A stretch of DNA of 64,000 nucleotides from Sumerlaeia bacterium (GTDB taxonomy: Bacteria > Sumerlaeota > Sumerlaeia > SLMS01 > JAHLLQ01): contig JAVJSW010000060.1 of the NCBI GenBank assembly GCA_040219255.1, positions 268,582 through 332,581 of the forward strand, written 5' to 3'. The translations under genes and the position numbers were made by a program. Below the pieces are notes generated by a model. That model saw only the letters and a list, made by a program, of their open reading frames with translations, made no database searches and had not been told where the DNA came from. This document shows, one piece after another, positions 30,274 to 39,981 of the stretch (positions are counted from its first letter, which is position 1; every line of letters begins with the position of its first letter).

Positions 30274-31896
30274 ATGGCGCGCAAGCTGCTCTTCAATTCC
30301 CCCAAGCGCTGGGCCTTCAATGGCTTGCATGTGCTGCTGTGGGTGGCGGCGATCCTTGTGCCGCCGGGATTTACGATGACCACCTGGGTGGTGCTGGGGT
30401 TGGCGGTGGGGGTCAGTCTGGCTTGGTCCGCGGACCGGCAGTTGACCGAGTGGCTGCACCAGCGCCGGGGCAAGCCGCTGTCTTTTTCCGGTTTCCTGAG
30501 CGACCGGGGGGCGCCGCTGCTGCTGACGCTGTCGGCGGTTGGCCTGGGGGCGTTCGTGCTGGCGTGGTGGAATGTGCTGGCCGGGGCGATGCCGCCTCAG
30601 GTGGCGCTTTGGATTTTCCTGGGGCTGGCGGCTCCGGCCATGATGGCCTTTGCGATTTACGCGTTCCGGTTCGAGACGCAGGTGTACCTTTTCCGGCGCG
30701 AGATGCCGCGCCCCGCGCTCACCCGCCTGCTGAGCCGCGCCTGTGCCTTCGGGATGCAGCCCGGGTTGTACATGAAGCCGCTGGCGATCACCGGGTTGTA
30801 TTTCGGGTTCTGGCTTGGGCTGCTGTGGGTGGTGGCGGGGGGCTATTACTTTGCGGCGCACCATTTCTGGGGGGCATCGCTCGATCCATTCCGGTGGGAT
30901 GGGCTGGGGGATTACACCGTGTTGGGGTATTTGGTGGTGCTGTCGCTGAGTTTCTTCTTTCTGACGACGTGGCGCTTGTCGAACCTGCGGCTGGTGAATC
31001 TGATTCATCGCCAGGGGCGGCTGCGCAAGGGGCAGCTTCGCCACGAGATCGACACGGCGGCGGGGACTTTGGGGTTCACGCCGACGCTGGCGACGGGGGC
31101 GTTTTTCTGGCTGGCCTGCGGGGTGATGATGTTGGGCGGGTACAACATGGGGTATTGGGTGCGGGAGTGGTTCGGCCTGGGCGAGATGACGGCGATGATC
31201 GTGGGGCTGGCGCTGGGGGCGGTGGGGTTCTGGGTGATCGTGCTGTTTCCGGCGCAGTGGGCGATGCCGCTGCTGGCCCAGCACGATTGCGGATGGGTGC
31301 GCGCCATCGAAGCCAGCACGCGGCTGGTCGCGATCGAGCGCGGGCGGGCGTTCGGCGTGGCGCTGATTGCGAACCTGCTGGGGCTGAGTCTCCTCGGCCG
31401 GCCCGCCGGGCACCTGTTCAAGCTGTTGTCGCTCGAAGGTCTCGATCCGCTGCTGGCGCTGCTGTTGAAGGAAAAAACGCCAGTGGAGGCCCGGGCGGCC
31501 TGGGCGGAATTGCGCGAGGCGGAGGAGTTCGAGGAAGAAGACGGTGGGGGCGGTGGGCGCCCGCCGGCGTCGCGGCGCCCGGCCCAACTCGAGCGCGGGT
31601 TCGATCTTCTGCTGCACCAGGGCCGCTACCTGGACGCCCTGAACGTCTTCCAGATGTTCCGCCGGGATCATCCTCGCGATAGCGACGCGTTGCATGGCGA
31701 AACGCTGGCGCTGCTGCACATGGGAAACATTTTCGCGGCCCAGGAACGGCTCGAGCGCTGGCGCACCGCGCACCCTGGCGATGCCCGGGCCGAGCGCTTA
31801 ATGGATGACATCGCCGCCGGGCGGTGGGACGAAGACGGGCCCCTGTACCGCGAGGCGCAGCGCCGCAACAGCCAACCGGTCGGCCGCGGAATTTAA
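30274..31896 (+). CDS. Multi-pass membrane protein with C-terminal TPR-like domain
   Basis: Many hydrophobic segments; C-terminal helical repeats (QGRYLDALNVF...HPRDSDA). Confidence 0.65.
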   Translation: MARKLLFNSPKRWAFNGLHVLLWVAAILVPPGFTMTTWVVLGLAVGVSLAWSADRQLTEWLHQRRGKPLSFSGFLSDRGAPLLLTLSAVGLGAFVLAWWNVLAGAMPPQVALWIFLGLAAPAMMAFAIYAFRFETQVYLFRREMPRPALTRLLSRACAFGMQPGLYMKPLAITGLYFGFWLGLLWVVAGGYYFAAHHFWGASLDPFRWDGLGDYTVLGYLVVLSLSFFFLTTWRLSNLRLVNLIHRQGRLRKGQLRHEIDTAAGTLGFTPTLATGAFFWLACGVMMLGGYNMGYWVREWFGLGEMTAMIVGLALGAVGFWVIVLFPAQWAMPLLAQHDCGWVRAIEASTRLVAIERGRAFGVALIANLLGLSLLGRPAGHLFKLLSLEGLDPLLALLLKEKTPVEARAAWAELREAEEFEEEDGGGGGRPPASRRPAQLERGFDLLLHQGRYLDALNVFQMFRRDHPRDSDALHGETLALLHMGNIFAAQERLERWRTAHPGDARAERLMDDIAAGRWDEDGPLYREAQRRNSQPVGRGI

Positions 31897-31923
31897 TACC
31901 ACCCTTCCCTTAGGAGTTTCCCT

Positions 31924-32274
31924 ATGAAAGCCTTCGCCGATTCCCCCTTCTGGCGCGCCATCGCCGTGGCCGCCGTGGTGGCGCTGTTCGCTGTCGCCTT
32001 CCGAGGCAGCGACGCCCCCGCCGAAGCCTTCGCATCCAGCGCCTACGCGCAGCCCGGTCAACCTCCGGCGGGCGTGGTGCAGATGATGCCCTCTATGCCG
32101 GGGGCCATCCCCTCGATCGCGATCACGTCGGCGATTCAGGAGCAGAACGGGAGTTGCGCCGTGGTGGCGGTCGTCCCCAAGGCAGGCGGCGGGCTGCAAT
32201 TCGCCATGATGACCGGCGTCAATCTTCGTTCTCTGGGTGCTGTCCAAACCCGCGACATCCCCAACACCAAGTAA
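31924..32274 (+). CDS. Small secreted or membrane-anchored hypothetical protein
   Basis: AGGAG RBS; N-terminal hydrophobic segment. Confidence 0.6.
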   Translation: MKAFADSPFWRAIAVAAVVALFAVAFRGSDAPAEAFASSAYAQPGQPPAGVVQMMPSMPGAIPSIAITSAIQEQNGSCAVVAVVPKAGGGLQFAMMTGVNLRSLGAVQTRDIPNTK

Positions 32275-32292
32275 AGCCAGCCCCCGCCGCCC

Positions 32293-33318
32293 TTGTCCCG
32301 TTCCTCCGCTCCGCTGCCGTTCTGGCTCTTGATCGCTGTCTTAGGCGCCGTCCTGCTGGGGGCGGTACTATGGGCGCCGACGGTCGGGCCGACGGAGCTG
32401 TCGCTGGCGCGGGCGCTCGATTCCTCGATTCCCGCCGAGACGAACACCGACCGCATCGTGCTGTTTGAGCTGAGGCTGCCCCGGGTCGCGCTCGCGCTGG
32501 CCGTGGGGGTGGCGTTGGCGCTGGCGGGGGCGGCTTTTCAGGCGTTGCTGAGGAACGATTTGGCGACGCCCTACACGCTGGGCGTCAGCGGCGGGGCCAG
32601 CCTCGGCGCCCTTCTGGTGCTCCAAGCCGCCGGAGGCGCCGGAGCGGGCGCGGCGGTGCTCTATGGTCTGGTGCCGCTGGCCGCGTTCGCGGGGGGAGCG
32701 GCGGCCGCCGCGACGGTGCTGGTGCTCGCCGCGCGGAGCCGGGGCCCTGGATCGGAGCGGGGGGCGAGCCTGATTCTGGCTGGCGTGACGCTGAACCTGC
32801 TCTTCGGCGCCGCTGTGATGATCCTGCAATACCGAAGCGATCCCTACGAAGTCGCCGGCATGATCCGCTGGCTGATGGGCAGTCTGGACGCCACGGACTT
32901 CACGGCGGCGGCGGTCGTCGGCGGAGGCGCGGTGCTGGTGGGCGCGATCCTGATGGCGTCGGCGATGGCGCTGAACGTGATGACGCTCGGCGATGCGACG
33001 GCGGCGCACCTGGGGTTTCATCCGGGGCGGGTGCGGGCGTTGTGCCTCATGGCGGGGGCGCTGGGGGCGGCGCTGTGCGTGGCCTACGCCGGGCCGGTGG
33101 GGTTTGTGGGGCTGATTATCCCGCACATGATGCGGCGATTCACGGGGCCGGATCACCGGCGGCTGCTACCCGCCTGCGCGCTGGCGGGAGCGGCGTTCCT
33201 GGTGCTCTGCGACGCCGTGGGCAGGCTCCTCGGCGGCAACACGGAAATCCCGGTGGGCATCGTGACGGCGGTGCTGGGCGGGCCGTTTTTCCTGTGGTTA
33301 TTGTTCCGGCGGGGATGA
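32293..33318 (+). CDS. FecCD/BtuC family ABC transporter permease
   Basis: LRLPRV, QALLRNDLATPYTLGVSGGA, GFVGLIIPH, EIPVGIVT. Confidence 0.93.
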   Translation: MSRSSAPLPFWLLIAVLGAVLLGAVLWAPTVGPTELSLARALDSSIPAETNTDRIVLFELRLPRVALALAVGVALALAGAAFQALLRNDLATPYTLGVSGGASLGALLVLQAAGGAGAGAAVLYGLVPLAAFAGGAAAAATVLVLAARSRGPGSERGASLILAGVTLNLLFGAAVMILQYRSDPYEVAGMIRWLMGSLDATDFTAAAVVGGGAVLVGAILMASAMALNVMTLGDATAAHLGFHPGRVRALCLMAGALGAALCVAYAGPVGFVGLIIPHMMRRFTGPDHRRLLPACALAGAAFLVLCDAVGRLLGGNTEIPVGIVTAVLGGPFFLWLLFRRG

Positions 33319-33852
33319 GGCGGCGGCGAGTTCGCTGCGGAGCAATTGCTCGCGGATGGCGAGTTCGCTCCGCTTGATCCGCCACAGCACAAGCGGCACC
33401 ACGCCCAGCCCCACAGCCATCAGCCCAGCGAACGCCAGCAGTGGGATCATGGCCGCCGGGTCGGGCGCCGCGAGGGCCTTCATCAGCACCAGCCCCGTAA
33501 AAACCCATGCGAAAGCTGTCAGGTGGGCGACCTGCCACAGACCGTAAACCCGGCGGTGGTAGCGGCGGCTCCGGGCCAGCGACAGCATGTAAATTCCCAT
33601 GTTGAGGGGCGCCAGCGTGCACAGCAGCAGCCCCAGCCGCATCCAGATCGGGCCGCTTTCCTGCAGGAATAAAAGTCCCATCGGCAGCGTCAGGATAAGG
33701 GCCACGACCCCGCTGACCTGGGTCAGCCGCTGGCGCAGGGGGCTGAGTTTCGGCGAGAGCAGCTCCTGCATCGCCGCGTCGAAGTGCGCTTTGCGGCGCG
33801 GGTCTGGGGTGGTCTGTTCGATCAATTGGTCGCGAAGGGTGGTGGAAGTCAT
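33298..33852 (-). CDS. Putative membrane anti-sigma factor
   Basis: Four hydrophobic segments; start overlaps the ECF sigma stop codon. Confidence 0.65.
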   Translation of the reverse strand: MTSTTLRDQLIEQTTPDPRRKAHFDAAMQELLSPKLSPLRQRLTQVSGVVALILTLPMGLLFLQESGPIWMRLGLLLCTLAPLNMGIYMLSLARSRRYHRRVYGLWQVAHLTAFAWVFTGLVLMKALAAPDPAAMIPLLAFAGLMAVGLGVVPLVLWRIKRSELAIREQLLRSELAAASSPPEQ

Positions 33853-34403
33853 TTGGCGCGTTCCTCCTGAAGGATGTGGCGAAGTTTGCGTTTGGCGGTG
33901 TGAATGCGGCTCTTGACGGTGCCCTCGGGAATGGCGAGGAGCCCGGCGATGTCCGCGATGGAGAGGTCGTCGAGAAAGTGCAACACGATGGGCTCGCGGT
34001 GGAGCAGGTCCAGCCGGCCGATGGCCCAGTGCAGCTCCTGGGCTTCGGCGGGCGAGAAGTCCGGTTCCTCCGCCGCGGGCCCGGCGCGGTCTGATTCCTC
34101 GGGCAGGGTGTCGTGGATGATCTGGCCGCGTTGCTGGGCAAAGGCGGCGTTGCGGGCAATGCGGTAAATCCAGGCAGGAAAAGCCCCCGGCTGGCGCAAC
34201 TTCGGCAACCCCCGCAACGCCCGCAGCCACGTCTCCTGCAACGCGTCCCAAGCGTCGTCCTCAGTCGGCGCGATGCGGCGCAGATAGTAGAGCAGCGGCC
34301 GCTCCCACTGAGCCACCAGCGGCGCGAATGCGGACTCGTCCCCGCGTTGGAGCCGCACGATCAGGAGTTCGAGCTGTAATCGTTCTGTCTTACTGAGAGC
34401 CAT
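33849..34403 (-). CDS. ECF RNA polymerase sigma factor
   Basis: DALQETWL, FPAWIYRIARN, GTVKSRIH. Confidence 0.93.
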   Translation of the reverse strand: MALSKTERLQLELLIVRLQRGDESAFAPLVAQWERPLLYYLRRIAPTEDDAWDALQETWLRALRGLPKLRQPGAFPAWIYRIARNAAFAQQRGQIIHDTLPEESDRAGPAAEEPDFSPAEAQELHWAIGRLDLLHREPIVLHFLDDLSIADIAGLLAIPEGTVKSRIHTAKRKLRHILQEERAK

Positions 34404-34439
34404 AATGCTGGGCCCTTCCAAAAAGGCGTTCACCCAGAC

Positions 34440-34467
34440 AGATGCGGCAAAGGGGGGTGGCGGTTCA
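34440..34467 (-). promoter_or_regulatory. Putative ECF-type autoregulatory promoter
   Basis: Minus strand TGAACC-16nt-GCATCT upstream of the ECF sigma gene. Confidence 0.55.
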
Positions 34468-34558
34468 GATTGGGGGGGAAGTTTTTCTCGTGTGCCTACG
34501 CTTGCTGGAAACCAGGAAATACAAATCGTTCGGTCGATGACATGCCTGTCTCAACGTT

Positions 34559-35170
34559 TCATCGCATCAGTCCAAACAGGATCAAGACAACAAGACCTAA
34601 AATAAGAAGACATCCGATGAGTCCGGGGATATCCGCGGCGCCAAAATCCGGCGTCAACCCGCGCGACTTTCGATATGCACGGTGGCATGATTTACAGAAC
34701 ACAAATTTCTCTATGCGGCCTCCTGTGCAGGGATACCTCTGCTCGACTACTTCGGTCTTGACCTCGCGGCAGACAATGTGACGATGGCATTTATCGCAAT
34801 TGCCCGAGGCGCACACAAATTTCCTGATTTTGGGATCATAGCAACGAGCGATTCCATGGCACGAATCGCACGATATGGAATTCGGATGACCACAGTTGGG
34901 ACAAGGCCTTCCCGACAGGACATCCCCAATTCTCAACTGCTGATTGCAGGCTTTGCAGGATATCGTTCCAGTCAATACCTCATTCTTCAATTTTTTTTCT
35001 TCGTCATGCTCCTTTTCGAGTCGCTCCTTTTCAGCCAACCTTGCTTGTCTCGCTTCGTGCTCAGCCTGTTTCAGCTTTGCATCCAGAGGGCGAGGATGCT
35101 TGCAGTGCGGGCAAAAGGCCGCTTTCGGGCTGACCAAGCCTTGGCAATAAACACATTCTTTCAGCATCAT
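34559..35170 (-). CDS. Cys-rich multi zinc-ribbon protein with C-terminal TM helix (AT-richer islet)
   Basis: Seven CxxC motifs, charged coiled segment, hydrophobic C-terminus. Confidence 0.65.
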   Translation of the reverse strand: MMLKECVYCQGLVSPKAAFCPHCKHPRPLDAKLKQAEHEARQARLAEKERLEKEHDEEKKLKNEVLTGTISCKACNQQLRIGDVLSGRPCPNCGHPNSISCDSCHGIARCYDPKIRKFVCASGNCDKCHRHIVCREVKTEVVEQRYPCTGGRIEKFVFCKSCHRAYRKSRGLTPDFGAADIPGLIGCLLILGLVVLILFGLMR

Positions 35171-35997
35171 TCACGTACACCCAAAACGAAGAAAAATTCT
35201 CTGTCCAGAGAAGTGTGGCCAAACTCCGGCATCACCGGCAAATTGAAGTTTTTTATCAATCTGGGAACAATCTGAATTATAAGCCAATCGATCATTCCGT
35301 AAAGAGGGGAATAAGATCTTTCCGGCCAGCAGTAGTGACGAAGAATGACACTCACATACTTCCTGGAAAGAAGATCGTTGACATGCGCGAAGAAATCGAG
35401 GAGAAAATTATATAGGAGAGGGTCATGAAAATTCGCTGATTCGCGGGAAAGCTTTTCTATCCAGTCCATTGATGGCAATTCATCCACGTTAAGCGCCTTG
35501 CGAACATAATGAAAGTAGAGATCCTCGAGGGAGTGCTCAAAGCAAAGAATCGAGCCATCCCTGATATATACGAGCTGGTCGAAGAAGTCTCCTGTGATTA
35601 CAGAGCCTTTGACCTGAAAGAGATCGAGGTATTGTTTCAGCGGAGACGCCATTTGCGCCGATGCCTCGATACCATTGTAGTGATAGGCGTTTGCTGGCCT
35701 AACCGCTTTGAGGGCGATAATGATTGCGCTCGAGCTTCCTGGGCCAATCTCAACAACCCGCCTATAATGGCCAGTCTGTGCCAGCCTCTCAAAGCACCGT
35801 GCGTACCTGAGAATAAGCTGCAAATTCCAATGAGCAGACTCTGGGATGTCTCTTGACCGCTCCAAGAGCCTGCGGGCCCGCCACTCGGTACACAGTCTTT
35901 CAGGCCAGGAATCCCAACGCCTCGTCTGATGCATGATCAACAGTGGCCATTTCCCACAAAAACTGAGTGCTTCCTGGGTGTCCCAATGCTGGAGCAA
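35167..35997 (-). CDS. Putative class I SAM-dependent methyltransferase-fold protein (AT-richer islet)
   Basis: VVEIGPGSS, YNGIE, ITGDFFD; start uncertain. Confidence 0.55.
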   Translation of the reverse strand: MLQHWDTQEALSFCGKWPLLIMHQTRRWDSWPERLCTEWRARRLLERSRDIPESAHWNLQLILRYARCFERLAQTGHYRRVVEIGPGSSSAIIIALKAVRPANAYHYNGIEASAQMASPLKQYLDLFQVKGSVITGDFFDQLVYIRDGSILCFEHSLEDLYFHYVRKALNVDELPSMDWIEKLSRESANFHDPLLYNFLLDFFAHVNDLLSRKYVSVILRHYCWPERSYSPLYGMIDWLIIQIVPRLIKNFNLPVMPEFGHTSLDREFFFVLGVRE

Positions 35998-36140
35998 TAC
36001 AAGAACAGTGTGATGTGGCGCGTCTTAATCGTGTATGAGGAAAGTTCATCCCCACCCACCCATCCGATGCAATCGGAACTTAAAAACTCGCTTGGACGGA
36101 GAGCAGCGGTCCCAAAAACCTGATTCTCTTCGCAGTCACC

Positions 36141-36620
36141 TCAACCGCCCCATCCCCCCAGCGCCCCATAAACCCCCATCGCGCAGGACATGGCGAGGTT
36201 GAGGCTGCGGGCGCGGGGGTCTCTCATTTCCAGGCGAAGGCTGCGGGCGGGGCCGATGGCGGTGTGGATGGCGTCGGGGACGCCGTGGCTTTCGTTGCCG
36301 AAGAGCAAGGCGTCGCCGGGGCGGATGGGGGCGGAGTGCGCGGGCACGGTGCCCCGGGTGGTGTAGAGCCAGACGGTGCTCTCGGGGAGGAGGGCGGCGC
36401 GGCAGGCCTCCCAATCGACGTGGACCTGCCAGTCCAGAAAATCCAGATAATCCATTCCGGCGCGCCGCAGGGCGCGATCATCAAGTGGAAAGGGCACGGG
36501 CCGCACGACGTGGAGCCGCACCCGCATGGCCGCGCAAAGCCGGGCCACGGACCCGACATTCTGCGGGATGCGCGGCGAGTAGAGGATCACGTTGAGGTCG
36601 GGCGGGGCGGGGTCGGTCAT
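36141..36620 (-). CDS. trmL: tRNA (cytidine/uridine-34 2'-O)-methyltransferase, SpoU family
   Basis: PRIPQNVG, LRRAGMDY, FGNESHG, RSLNLA. Confidence 0.9.
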   Translation of the reverse strand: MTDPAPPDLNVILYSPRIPQNVGSVARLCAAMRVRLHVVRPVPFPLDDRALRRAGMDYLDFLDWQVHVDWEACRAALLPESTVWLYTTRGTVPAHSAPIRPGDALLFGNESHGVPDAIHTAIGPARSLRLEMRDPRARSLNLAMSCAMGVYGALGGWGG

Positions 36621-36693
36621 GGCTTGCTCTTGCGCCCAAGGGGCCCGGGGCGGCAATGGCGGAGTGACTTTTCCCGGCGGGCGGCGCGAAACC

Positions 36694-38052
36694 ATGGCGG
36701 ACAACACGGCAGACATGACTACCGGCGAGGCGTTTCGCGCGGGGCTGCGGGTGCTCTGGCGGGGGCCCAAGTGGCTGCTGCTGCTGGGGGCGTTGTTCCT
36801 GGCGACAATGTGGCCGGTGGGGCGGAGCGTTCCGCCGGAAATGTGGGGGCTCGAGCCCTCGCCCCTGCCTCGCACCGCGGGAGGGCTGTGGAAGCCCCTT
36901 TCCGTGGACGCTGGGTTGATTTTCCCGATGCGGCCAGGAGCGGATTTTTTCTCGACCTACGAGGCCGGCGCCCGGGTGCTGCGCGGGGGCGATCCGTATT
37001 CCGTGGTGCCGGGCAGCGAAGCCGTCCGCGCGCCTTACTTCACCACTTATCGCTACCTGCCGATTCCGGCCTATACGCTCGGCGTGGGGCTGAACGCCCT
37101 GCCGCCGTGGTGGAGTTTCCTCGCCTGGATCGCCTTCAATATGGGGCTGATCGTGGCGAACCTGGCGCTGACGGCGGGGCGGCGGCCGGGGGCGCTGCCG
37201 CTGCTGATCGCGATATGGTGCGCGTGGTTTCCCCTCGCGGTCGAGTGGCACCTCGGTCAGTTCACGGTGCTGATGGCGACGCTGATTCTGTGGGGCCTGG
37301 ACGCCCTGACCTGCGGCGCCCGGGCTGGCGGAGCGGTGGCCTGGGCGGGTTCGGTGGCGCTGAAGATCTACACCGGCGCCATGGCGCTGCCGCTGTGGCT
37401 CGGCGGGCGGCGGCGCGAGGCCGTGCTGGGCCTGGCCGTGGTGGGCGTGCTGGCGGGCGGGTATTTCCTGGCGCGACCGGACAGCTTTGCCGCCTTTCGG
37501 GCGCTCAACGTGGACCAGCGCAGTCTGCTGCTCCAGCGCCAGCCCTACGCCGGGGCCCAGGGCGTCCAGGAAGCGGTCAACGCCACCATCTGGATCGCGC
37601 AGGGCCGCGACCTCGACACCGCCCTCGATCCCGCCGGCCAGGCGCCCGCACTTCGCGACCCGGTGGTTTGGGTGAATGGGTTGCTGATCGCGGCCTACGG
37701 CGCGGGGTTGTTGTGGCTGACGTGGCGCAGGCGGGGGCGGCTGGACCCGCTGGTGTTGGGCGGTTATTGGGCATTGTGGTTTGTGGCCTATCCGGATTGC
37801 TGGGAACACCACTACGTCCTGCTCCAGGCCTTGACGGCCTGGTGGCTCGCGCGGGGCGTCCTCGGCCCCAGGGCGGCGGTGGCGGTGTGGGCGCTGGCGG
37901 GCGGGCCGTCGCTGTGGGTGGTGCTGCGAGAGGTTCTCGGGCCGGAGCACGAAACGCTGGAGGCGCTGGTTGGCCTCGCCTACTTCTGGCAGCGCCCGGC
38001 GGGGCTGGCGGTGTTGCTGGGGGCGGGGGTGTGGGGGCTGAGGCGAAAATAA
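36694..38052 (+). CDS. GT-C membrane glycosyltransferase (GT87/DUF2029-like)
   Basis: ADFFSTY...DPY, YRYLP, GQF, LKIY, WEHHY in a multi-TM protein. Confidence 0.75.
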   Translation: MADNTADMTTGEAFRAGLRVLWRGPKWLLLLGALFLATMWPVGRSVPPEMWGLEPSPLPRTAGGLWKPLSVDAGLIFPMRPGADFFSTYEAGARVLRGGDPYSVVPGSEAVRAPYFTTYRYLPIPAYTLGVGLNALPPWWSFLAWIAFNMGLIVANLALTAGRRPGALPLLIAIWCAWFPLAVEWHLGQFTVLMATLILWGLDALTCGARAGGAVAWAGSVALKIYTGAMALPLWLGGRRREAVLGLAVVGVLAGGYFLARPDSFAAFRALNVDQRSLLLQRQPYAGAQGVQEAVNATIWIAQGRDLDTALDPAGQAPALRDPVVWVNGLLIAAYGAGLLWLTWRRRGRLDPLVLGGYWALWFVAYPDCWEHHYVLLQALTAWWLARGVLGPRAAVAVWALAGGPSLWVVLREVLGPEHETLEALVGLAYFWQRPAGLAVLLGAGVWGLRRK

Positions 38053-38210
38053 TCACCACAGAGACGCGGAGGACGCAGAGGTTGTTCTTTTTATTGAGCT
38101 TACTCTGCACCTTTACAGTACAAGGGACAATTGTGTGTTCGGGGCGTTGGGTGTCGGGTTATCGGCTTCATTGAAGTCCCTGACTGGGAAGGGGGTCACT
38201 CTGTGGTTGA
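38052..38210. repeat. CACAGA-family inverted-repeat element
   Basis: atcaccacagagacgcggaggacgcagag ... ctctgtggttga around an AT-richer spacer. Confidence 0.65.
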
Positions 38211-38273
38211 GAACCGGGAGGGCCGCCCCGCAAGCTGCGCCCGCAACTTCCCGGCAGAGGACCGCCCCGCTCT

Positions 38274-39167
38274 ATGGCGACCACGGAAACGATCGGCAAT
38301 GTCACCCTGGTGCTGGCCCACCCGGACCAGGTTCCGGCGCAATGGATCGGCAACGATCGCGTGCGCGAGCAACTCGCCGCGTCCTGGACCACGGTGGCCG
38401 AGGACGACATCCCGCTGAACCCGCGACTGGTCGGGCGGCCCGGCGTGGGCAAGACGACCCTGGCGTGCGGTGTCGCCCTCGCCATGCAGCGCGAAATCTA
38501 CATCATGCAGTGCACGATGGACACGCGGCCCGAGGACCTGCTCGTGACGCCGGTGATCGCCGGCGCGGGCCAGATCGCCTATCACGCCTCGCCGCTGGTG
38601 ACGGCCATGCTGCGCGGCGGGGTCTGCATTCTGGACGAAGGCAACCGCATGAGCGAAAAGTCGTGGGCGTCGCTGGCGCCGTTGCTCGACATGCGGCGCT
38701 ATGTCGAGAGCATCGTGGCCGGGGTCAAGATTCACGCGCACGATGATTTCCGCATCTGCGTCACGATGAACGACGACGCCAGCACCTACGAAATTCCCGA
38801 GTACATCCAGTCGCGCCTGGCGCCCCAGATCGAAGTGACCTTCCCCGACCGCGACGAAGAAATCGCGATCCTGCGGCTCAACATTCCCTTCGCGGGCGAG
38901 CAGCTCATCGCCTACGTCGCCGATTTCCTGCAGAAAGCCCACGCCGTGAATCTGCCCTTCAGCAGCCGCGACGGCGTCAATGTGCTGCGATACGCGTTGA
39001 AAATGGGGAGCTTGCGCAAGGAAGACCCGCAAGGCTTCCTGCACGAAGCGATCGAAGCGGTGCTCGGCCGCGATGGGCTCGAATTCCTCGACTCCGGCCT
39101 ACCCGCCGACCGCATGCGCGGCGCGATGCGGGAAGTGACCGAGGAGGACGAAGAGGAACGGGAGTAA
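38274..39167 (+). CDS. MoxR-like AAA+ ATPase
   Basis: GRPGVGKT Walker A, ILDEGNR Walker B, TMN, SRL. Confidence 0.88.
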   Translation: MATTETIGNVTLVLAHPDQVPAQWIGNDRVREQLAASWTTVAEDDIPLNPRLVGRPGVGKTTLACGVALAMQREIYIMQCTMDTRPEDLLVTPVIAGAGQIAYHASPLVTAMLRGGVCILDEGNRMSEKSWASLAPLLDMRRYVESIVAGVKIHAHDDFRICVTMNDDASTYEIPEYIQSRLAPQIEVTFPDRDEEIAILRLNIPFAGEQLIAYVADFLQKAHAVNLPFSSRDGVNVLRYALKMGSLRKEDPQGFLHEAIEAVLGRDGLEFLDSGLPADRMRGAMREVTEEDEEERE

Positions 39168-39192
39168 AGCGGAGTGGCTGAGGATTTTTCAT

Positions 39193-39314
39193 TTGGCCAC
39201 AGATGAGCACAGATTGGCGCGGATGGAGTGACAAACCGCGAACAAGACGGACTCAGCGGGATTGAACCTCCTTAATGTTAGGTCTTCTGTGTTCATCCGC
39301 GTCATCAGCGGCTA
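39193..39314. repeat. CACAGA-family inverted-repeat element
   Basis: ggccacagatgagcacagattggcgcggat ... tctgtgttcatccgcgtcatcagcggcta. Confidence 0.75.
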
Positions 39315-39338
39315 GAATTCAGGCTGCCCGCCGCTGGT

Positions 39339-39782
39339 TCACGTCTCCGGAATCCAGTTCCCGATGTCGTCGGCGGTGCCCGGCTCGCCGTCGGGGCCGT
39401 TGCTCCAGAGATCGTACTCTTTACGGATTTCACCCGGGGCCTTGTACTCGAAGGGGTTCTTCCAAGGGTCGGGCGCCAGGGCGTTGGAGTCGACGTAGGG
39501 GCCGTCCCAGAGTTCCTTCGAGACACTGGACGGCGGTTCGAGCAGGGCCATCAGTCCTTCCTGGTCGGTGGGATAGCGGCCGACGTCCATGAGGAAAAGG
39601 TTCAGGGAGTTGGCCAGGGTGTGAACCTGGGACTTGGCGGCGCCGATGCGGGCGGTCTGGAGGCGGTTCGTGAACTTGGGGACGATGATCGCGACAAGCA
39701 TCCCCATGATGACCACGACGAAAAGCATTTCGAGAAAGGTGAGGGCGCGCCGCGCGGTGGCGCCGTTCTGACGGGAGAGCAT
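39339..39782 (-). CDS. gspG: Type II secretion major pseudopilin (canonical size)
   Basis: RA|LTFLEML; DVGRYPTDQEGLMAL, WDGPY, DPWKNPF, WSNGPDG...DDIGNW. Confidence 0.9.
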   Translation of the reverse strand: MLSRQNGATARRALTFLEMLFVVVIMGMLVAIIVPKFTNRLQTARIGAAKSQVHTLANSLNLFLMDVGRYPTDQEGLMALLEPPSSVSKELWDGPYVDSNALAPDPWKNPFEYKAPGEIRKEYDLWSNGPDGEPGTADDIGNWIPET

Positions 39783-39981
39783 GGTGTGGCTCCTTGCGGA
39801 TTGAACTGATCGCGCACACGGACCGGCCAGTGCGTGCGATCGGTCTTGGGCAAGGAGTGAGCCCCGGGGCCGAGGGCTGTGGTTTCTCGAGTTGCGTCTT
39901 GGCTGGGCAAAAAGGAACCGCGAAACGGCCATGCGGCAATTGCAGGATCGCGTCTCGCGGCTCTGGAAGGGGCGAGAGTGG

